In this document: piece by piece, positions 59,099-64,000 of the stretch | How the letters are laid out: the number at the start of each line of letters is the position of its first letter | Position numbering within the stretch: position 1 is the first letter of the stretch | The notes under the pieces: model-generated | Database searches by the model: none | Told to the model about the DNA's origin: nothing | What the model saw: the letters and a program-made list of their open reading frames with translations, nothing else | Assembly (NCBI GenBank): GCA_026413765.1 | Contig: JAOAKI010000001.1 | Span: forward strand, 73,085-137,084 | From: Candidatus Micrarchaeota archaeon | Lineage (GTDB): Archaea > Micrarchaeota > Micrarchaeia > Anstonellales > Anstonellaceae | Reading direction: 5' to 3' | DNA: 64,000 bases | Made by a program: the position numbers and the translations under genes

Positions 59099-59464
59099 TT
59101 GCCTTGTCCTCCCTTCCCCCCGTCAGAAGGTTAAACCTTCAATAGAGGAAATGCGTTTTTTATCTAATTAGATAGTATATATAAATCTTTCTATTTTTCA
59201 TAAAAAAAGGAACTCTTTAATCTTATTTTGCTAAAAAATAAGCTCTTATAGCACTCTTTTTAAAAAAAATAAATCTAATAACGCTTTTAATTTATTTAAA
59301 TTTGCTAATAACATTTTTAATTAATTTAAACATATTTTTCCTCGTTTTTTTCAAAAACAGCAGTCTATTGTCTATTTTAAAAGGATTCTGCCATCTTATA
59401 TCTTTGTTTCGCTTTGCTTCGTCGTATTTTGATTTTGTTCCATTTGAAACATTCTGGCTATTGT

Positions 59465-59803
59465 TCAACTTTTGCCCCGCTCCTCCTCTGCCTTCTGCCC
59501 GGCTTTAAAGATCGTGCCTGAAGAAACAATCGGTTCCATTCTTGCTTTTTTGCTGCTCCATTCGGTCAAGCAGGCCATGCAAAAAATCGCTTCAGCATGT
59601 CTGTCTTTATGGCAGCGGATGATGCCTCTACCATTTTGGTAATTTATAATTTTGAAACCCAACCCAGAAAATCCAAGCTCTCCAAAAAAAGAAAGGAAAT
59701 GCCGATATATCAAATTTTTTGCCGCCTCTTCGGTAGGCGGCTGACCGTCCACTGACAGCCTGAAAGCAATATACCTTTTCTTGAACGCACCAATCACCTT
59801 CAT
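59465..59803 (-). CDS. rnp2: Ribonuclease P protein component 2 (Pop5)
   Basis: KKRYIAF, FFGELG, GIIRC, SGTI.KA; follows Rpp30 and eL15. Confidence 0.88.
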   Translation of the reverse strand: MKVIGAFKKRYIAFRLSVDGQPPTEEAAKNLIYRHFLSFFGELGFSGLGFKIINYQNGRGIIRCHKDRHAEAIFCMACLTEWSSKKARMEPIVSSGTIFKAGQKAEEERGKS

Positions 59804-60255
59804 TTTCTTGCACCGCAAAGCTCCTCTATCGATTTTTTTGAGGCTTCGATTTCGTTGGGTCTCAACCCAACCACCTTCATGAAAGACTCGATCTCTTTTG
59901 CATTTCTGAGCATGTTGGGCTCTTGTGCAAGAGTAGCAAACACCATCCTGCAGCCAGTCCTTCTGCACATCTCAACCAAAATCTTCATTTTTGAAAGGAC
60001 AATCCCGCGCCTTATTCCTTTCTGATATGCTACGTCTGAAAACGAAAGCAACACCGCACTGCCTAAACTTGCAAGCTTTTTGAGCTCGCCTTCCTTAAAT
60101 TCGTAGCTCTCCCTATAAAAAATCGCCTTTCTTTTTTTTTCGATCGCTTGGTTTTTGTCGCAGAAGTTTTTCAAGCGGCTTGATGATATTAGCTGTTTTA
60201 TGCCTAAAGGCGGCTCTAGCCCATCTGCACAAACAATGTCAAGCATCCAGTTCAC
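59800..60255 (-). CDS. rnp3: Ribonuclease P protein component 3 (Rpp30), short and divergent
   Basis: Lies between eL15 and Pop5; C-terminal FATLA....LRNAKEI......GL matches the Rpp30 pattern. Confidence 0.72.
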   Translation of the reverse strand: MNWMLDIVCADGLEPPLGIKQLISSSRLKNFCDKNQAIEKKRKAIFYRESYEFKEGELKKLASLGSAVLLSFSDVAYQKGIRRGIVLSKMKILVEMCRRTGCRMVFATLAQEPNMLRNAKEIESFMKVVGLRPNEIEASKKSIEELCGARK

Positions 60256-60752
60256 TTCTGCCTCAGTTTCATTCTGCCTTTCTTGCCTGCAGAGGTCAGT
60301 CCTCTGAATGCTCTGCCTTTTTGAGAATTTTGCAAAAGCTTCCTGTCAACCAAAATCACTTCAAAGTATTTTTTGGTGCCGTCCTGCCCTACCCAATAGG
60401 AGTTCAGTACCTCTAAGTTGGAAAATGCTCGCGCAGCTTTTTCTTCTGCTATTCTCTGGAGCGATTTGCCTGGCGAAAGATAGGCTATATTTTTGGCAGG
60501 TTTTCTGCCTCCTCTTGGGTGCCTTCTCTTTCTTGACCCCCTCCCTACTGCAACACGCGCCATCACATAGCCTTCTTTTGCTTTATAGCCTAGCGTCCTT
60601 GCTCTCGCAAGATTTGTAGGCTTGTCGATTCTTACAACTGTCCCAAGCTTTCTCCATTCTTGGAGCCTCTTTCGGTATATCAAAGACCGATTCTTGTACT
60701 CCTCCTGAAACGCCTTTTGTATGTATTTGTATATGCCCACACGAACCACCAT
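60252..60752 (-). CDS. rpl15e: 50S ribosomal protein L15e (eL15)
   Basis: PTNLARARTLGYKAK, IAEEKAAR..NLEVLNSYWVGQDG, GRAFRGLTSAG. Confidence 0.97.
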   Translation of the reverse strand: MVVRVGIYKYIQKAFQEEYKNRSLIYRKRLQEWRKLGTVVRIDKPTNLARARTLGYKAKEGYVMARVAVGRGSRKRRHPRGGRKPAKNIAYLSPGKSLQRIAEEKAARAFSNLEVLNSYWVGQDGTKKYFEVILVDRKLLQNSQKGRAFRGLTSAGKKGRMKLRQK

Positions 60753-60812
60753 CTCTCTTGATCTGCTTTTAGGCGCTTTAATGTAGGCTTAAAGCAAGCC
60801 AAGCGCAAGAAG
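60753..60812 (-). promoter_or_regulatory. Candidate structured 5' leader of rpl15e
   Basis: Nested stems TCTTG/CAAGA, CGCTT/AAGCG and GGCTT/AAGCC between a TTAATATAA box and the ATG. Confidence 0.45.
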
Positions 60813-60837
60813 GGTTGTGCCACAAAACTTATATTAA

Positions 60838-61764
60838 TCATTGCCCTGGTGGCAACACAAACTGCTGCTGACGATAGACTATCGCATCGCCAGCTGCTGT
60901 TCGCTCGCCTAACATTAGTATTATCCTGTTTGAAGCGCCGTCCGCCCTGTATCTTCCAATTATGATTGCCTCTCCTTTTGCGGCTTTCTCCACAAGCTTT
61001 TCTATCCCAGGCGCAAGCTCGCAGAATGCAAATGCGGCGGCGTCAGTCAGAGGTAAACGCAGGTTGGTACCATCTGCAGTTATTGTCAAATTCTTGAAAT
61101 CAAGAACTACTTTTCCACCCTTCGTCTGCAACATCGTCTCCATGATTTTCTGGTGCATATATGCTATTTGCTTTGAAAGCCTCTTTTTTGCGATTTGCCG
61201 CACTATCTTGCCGATGTTGGATTTGAGGCTATAAAGCCGATTCCTTGCCTTCCTTACTTTTACCAGTGCCTTGGTTTTTTTATGAGAACTCAACGCCTTT
61301 TTCAAGTCTTTGTGTATTTCTCTGCATTTTTTTGCGTCTTGCCTAAATTTTGCAATAAGCAGGGCAACCTCCAATGCTTCGCCCTCAGCGCTCTCAGCTT
61401 CTGCTTTTTTGAGGTGCATTCGCATTTTTTCGAGCATCTGCTTGCTTTGCTCAAATTTTTCTGACCATTCTTCTGCTTTTTCAGAAAGCGCAGCATGCAA
61501 AGCAAGGTTTTGCGCCTCTAAAATCTCTTCTTCTGCTCTTTCCGCAAGTACTATTGATTCATTTAGCTGCAAGTCGCTTTCTGATGCTTGTAGCTTTTCA
61601 ATAAGCGCGATCATCTCCTCAATCTTCTCTATCTTTGAGTGGAATTTTGGAGCTTTTGCCACTGCCTGCACAAATTCGTCAATTACCTCGCCGGACTCTG
61701 CCTCCAGCTTTTCTAATTCTTGGTAGCACTGCTGTATCTGGCCGCCAACAACTGCCTTTGGCAT
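60838..61764 (-). CDS. Hypothetical coiled-coil protein
   Basis: About 308-aa E/K-rich helical ORF with a small C-terminal beta domain. Confidence 0.7.
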   Translation of the reverse strand: MPKAVVGGQIQQCYQELEKLEAESGEVIDEFVQAVAKAPKFHSKIEKIEEMIALIEKLQASESDLQLNESIVLAERAEEEILEAQNLALHAALSEKAEEWSEKFEQSKQMLEKMRMHLKKAEAESAEGEALEVALLIAKFRQDAKKCREIHKDLKKALSSHKKTKALVKVRKARNRLYSLKSNIGKIVRQIAKKRLSKQIAYMHQKIMETMLQTKGGKVVLDFKNLTITADGTNLRLPLTDAAAFAFCELAPGIEKLVEKAAKGEAIIIGRYRADGASNRIILMLGERTAAGDAIVYRQQQFVLPPGQ

Positions 61765-61804
61765 AAAATCCTTTTGTAGCAACTGAAATTTATTAACTTT
61801 CCTT

Positions 61805-63232
61805 TCAGCCCTTTACTACTCCGATCGGCACAAGCCTTGCTACAATCTCGCTTAAATTTGCATCCTTTACTGCTTCTACGACTTCATCCACGTTCTTGTA
61901 TGCATCAGGCGCTTCTTCAGCAAGAAGGTCAAATTCAGTGGCTTTGACCATTATCCCTTTTTGCAAAAGGGTGTTTTGGATTTCCTTGCCGCTCCATGTT
62001 TTTACCGCCTTGCTTCTGCTCATTGCCCTCCCTGCACCATGGCAAGAGGATCCCCACGAATTTTTCATAGCGCCTTCTTTTCCAACCAAGACATAGGAAG
62101 CTGTTCCCATGCTGCCTGGAATAAGCACAGGCTGTCCAATCTCTCTATAGTAGCTTGGGAGCTCTCTTCTTCCTGCAGCAAACGCGCGCGTCGCCCCCTT
62201 CCGGTGGACACACAGCTTCACCCTCTTGCCATCTAATTGGTGCTCCTCAAATTTTGCTATATTGTGGCATACATCATAGACAAGTGGCATTTCCTCGCCA
62301 GTTCCCTTGCCGAAAACTTCATCAAATGTTTCTCTGACCCAATGCATCATCACATGCCTGTTGCAAAACGCGTAATTGACTGCGCAGCACATTGCCTTTA
62401 TGTATCTTTCTGCTTCGCTTGAATTTATCGGGGCACAGCAAAGCTCAGGATCAGGCAAATCTATGTTGTATTTTTTTGCGGCTGCCAGCATCACTCTAAT
62501 ATAGTCGTCGCAAACTTGGTGCCCAAATCCTCTTGAGCCGCAGTGGATCATAACAACTATCTTCCCTTCTTCCAAGCCGAATTTCTTTGCAACTTCGGGC
62601 AAGAATATTTTTTGTACCTCTTGAATCTCCACGAAATGGTTCCCTGCCCCTACTGTTCCAAATTGAGGCAATCCTCTTTCCTTTGCCTTCTGCGAGACAG
62701 CCGAAGGGTCTGCGCCTTCCATCCTGCCATTTTCTTCTGTTCTTTCTTTATCCTCTTTTCTTCCGAATCCATTTCTTATCGCCCAGTCTACTCCTTCAAC
62801 AACCGCTTCCTCAAGCTGCTGCATTGTGAGGCGCAGCTTCCCCTTTGCGCCAACGCCAGATGGGACATTCTTGAACAGAAGGTCTATGAGCTGCTTCTTT
62901 TTTAGTTCAACTTCTTTCCTTGTCAGAGGAGTGGCTATCACTCTCACGCCGCAATTTATGTCATAGCCGACGCCGCCTGGAGAAATGATGCCGTTTTCAA
63001 GCTCAAATGCAGCAACTCCTCCTATTGGAAAGCCATATCCTTCGTGCCCGTCAGGCATGAGAAGAGCATGACGGACTATTCCAGGCAAACAAGACACATT
63101 TTTCAGCTGCTCGAAGGTCCGGTCTTTTCCCATTGTTTGTATCAACTTTTGCGTAGCAAAAACCCGCGCAGGGACATTCATCTTCCCCTCTTTTTCAATC
63201 TCCCAGATGGCCTTGTCAATTTCTTTTATCAT
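61805..63232 (-). CDS. rtcB: tRNA-splicing ligase RtcB
   Basis: MPDGHEGYGFPIGG, GYDINCG, GNHFVE, HCGSRG, HRKGATR, SCHGAGR, EEAPDAYK. Confidence 0.98.
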   Translation of the reverse strand: MIKEIDKAIWEIEKEGKMNVPARVFATQKLIQTMGKDRTFEQLKNVSCLPGIVRHALLMPDGHEGYGFPIGGVAAFELENGIISPGGVGYDINCGVRVIATPLTRKEVELKKKQLIDLLFKNVPSGVGAKGKLRLTMQQLEEAVVEGVDWAIRNGFGRKEDKERTEENGRMEGADPSAVSQKAKERGLPQFGTVGAGNHFVEIQEVQKIFLPEVAKKFGLEEGKIVVMIHCGSRGFGHQVCDDYIRVMLAAAKKYNIDLPDPELCCAPINSSEAERYIKAMCCAVNYAFCNRHVMMHWVRETFDEVFGKGTGEEMPLVYDVCHNIAKFEEHQLDGKRVKLCVHRKGATRAFAAGRRELPSYYREIGQPVLIPGSMGTASYVLVGKEGAMKNSWGSSCHGAGRAMSRSKAVKTWSGKEIQNTLLQKGIMVKATEFDLLAEEAPDAYKNVDEVVEAVKDANLSEIVARLVPIGVVKG

Positions 63233-63236
63233 TACA

Positions 63237-64000
63237 TCACATTGCAAGCTTTGAGAGGTGCTCTAGCCTTTTTGCCGTAAGTGGGTGTGTCATGAAGATT
63301 TCAAAAAATCCACTTTTCTTTTCCTTTTCGATCGCTTCCAGAAGCGCTTGCCGGTTTCCAGAATCAATCAATGAAAGTACCTTGGAAAGCTGCATGTCGG
63401 TCTGCTGGCTTTCTGCAAAGTAAAGCGCCCGGACCATAGAGGAGCTTTCTGCGTGTGGTTTAACACCATAGCTTATTTTTGCAAGCGCCCTCATCAGCAT
63501 GGCTGGGTTGCCAGTAAGCCTTGCGGAGAATTCGTCTGCGAAATATTCGCGCTGGCGCGAAAGCCACATGACCATCAGCTGCCCTAAAAATTGTGCCACG
63601 AACGCCCCGATAATTGTCAAAACGCTGTTTCTCCCTTCACGGTCGCTTCCAAAAATGAGCACGCCGTAGTATAGGGCAACTGGCAAGACAGAAGCAACTG
63701 TCATCACCGCCACATCCCTGTTGTTTATATGGCCAAGCTCGTGCGCAATGACACCTTCTATTTCTTCCTTGTCCAGCACTGAAAGCAGCCCCCTGTGGAT
63801 TGCAACGCCAGAATCCTTCTGCGTCCTTCCGAATGCAAAAGCATTAGGGGTTGGGTCATCAACAAGGTAAATTTTTGGGATAGGCAGCTCTGCCTTTCTG
63901 CAAAGCCTTTCAACCATCTGGAAAATCTCTGGCGCATCTTCGTATTTTAGCTCCTTTGCCCCAGTTGCAATCTTGATTATAGTCGGTCCAAAATACCATT
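63237..64000 (-). CDS. htpX: HtpX-like M48 zinc metalloprotease (5' end beyond the window)
   Basis: PNAFA, AHELGH, SRQREYFAD, THP. The frame stays open to the window edge. Confidence 0.93.
   Translation of the reverse strand, partial: WYFGPTIIKIATGAKELKYEDAPEIFQMVERLCRKAELPIPKIYLVDDPTPNAFAFGRTQKDSGVAIHRGLLSVLDKEEIEGVIAHELGHINNRDVAVMTVASVLPVALYYGVLIFGSDREGRNSVLTIIGAFVAQFLGQLMVMWLSRQREYFADEFSARLTGNPAMLMRALAKISYGVKPHAESSSMVRALYFAESQQTDMQLSKVLSLIDSGNRQALLEAIEKEKKSGFFEIFMTHPLTAKRLEHLSKLAM

Noticed and set aside
59370-59390. ATTTTAAAAG match to the reverse complement of 4129-4138 as inversion recombination sites
   Set aside because: Only 10 bp of AT-rich, near-palindromic sequence, which is expected by chance.
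59160-59460. Firm call as replication origin
   Set aside because: No cdc6/orc1 neighbour and no recognisable ORB repeats. Kept only as a low-interest finding.

Overview
Archaeal chromosomal segment with standard genetic code. Gene content, divergent and shortened ribosomal/RNase P proteins and KGQ-type class III pilins suggest a DPANN archaeon, probably Micrarchaeota-like (inference). Most of the window is housekeeping: type IV pilus platform genes and pilins, the proteasome-exosome superoperon (including an rpoP the ORF track missed), purA, ADP-forming acetyl-CoA synthetase, XPF/SNM1-like nucleases, SMC, glnA/Lrp, pyrH, dph2, ppsA, fibrillarin, secDF, speD, RNase P proteins, eL15, rtcB and htpX. 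There are four tRNA genes. Three carry introns, and tRNA-Lys(TTT) has two, one of them in the T-loop. The main anomaly is a ~15 kb envelope locus at 43.7-58.7 kb. It holds six tightly coupled paralogous multi-pass membrane proteins that resemble CedA/VirB6. Divergent from them are a 1867-aa single-pass giant protein and a Cys-rich lipoprotein with a glycoside-hydrolase-like barrel plus a lytic transglycosylase (SLT/VirB1-like) motif. This is a candidate undescribed cell-contact or transfer machine. Other points: the conserved superoperon is split in a way one ~55 kb inversion would repair; an intergenic hairpin displays an anti-Shine-Dalgarno sequence; eL15 and speD have candidate structured leaders; a JAB-like membrane protein sits beside tRNA-Thr; and a HAD phosphatase is frameshifted. 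All calls come from reading motifs by eye; no database searches were run.
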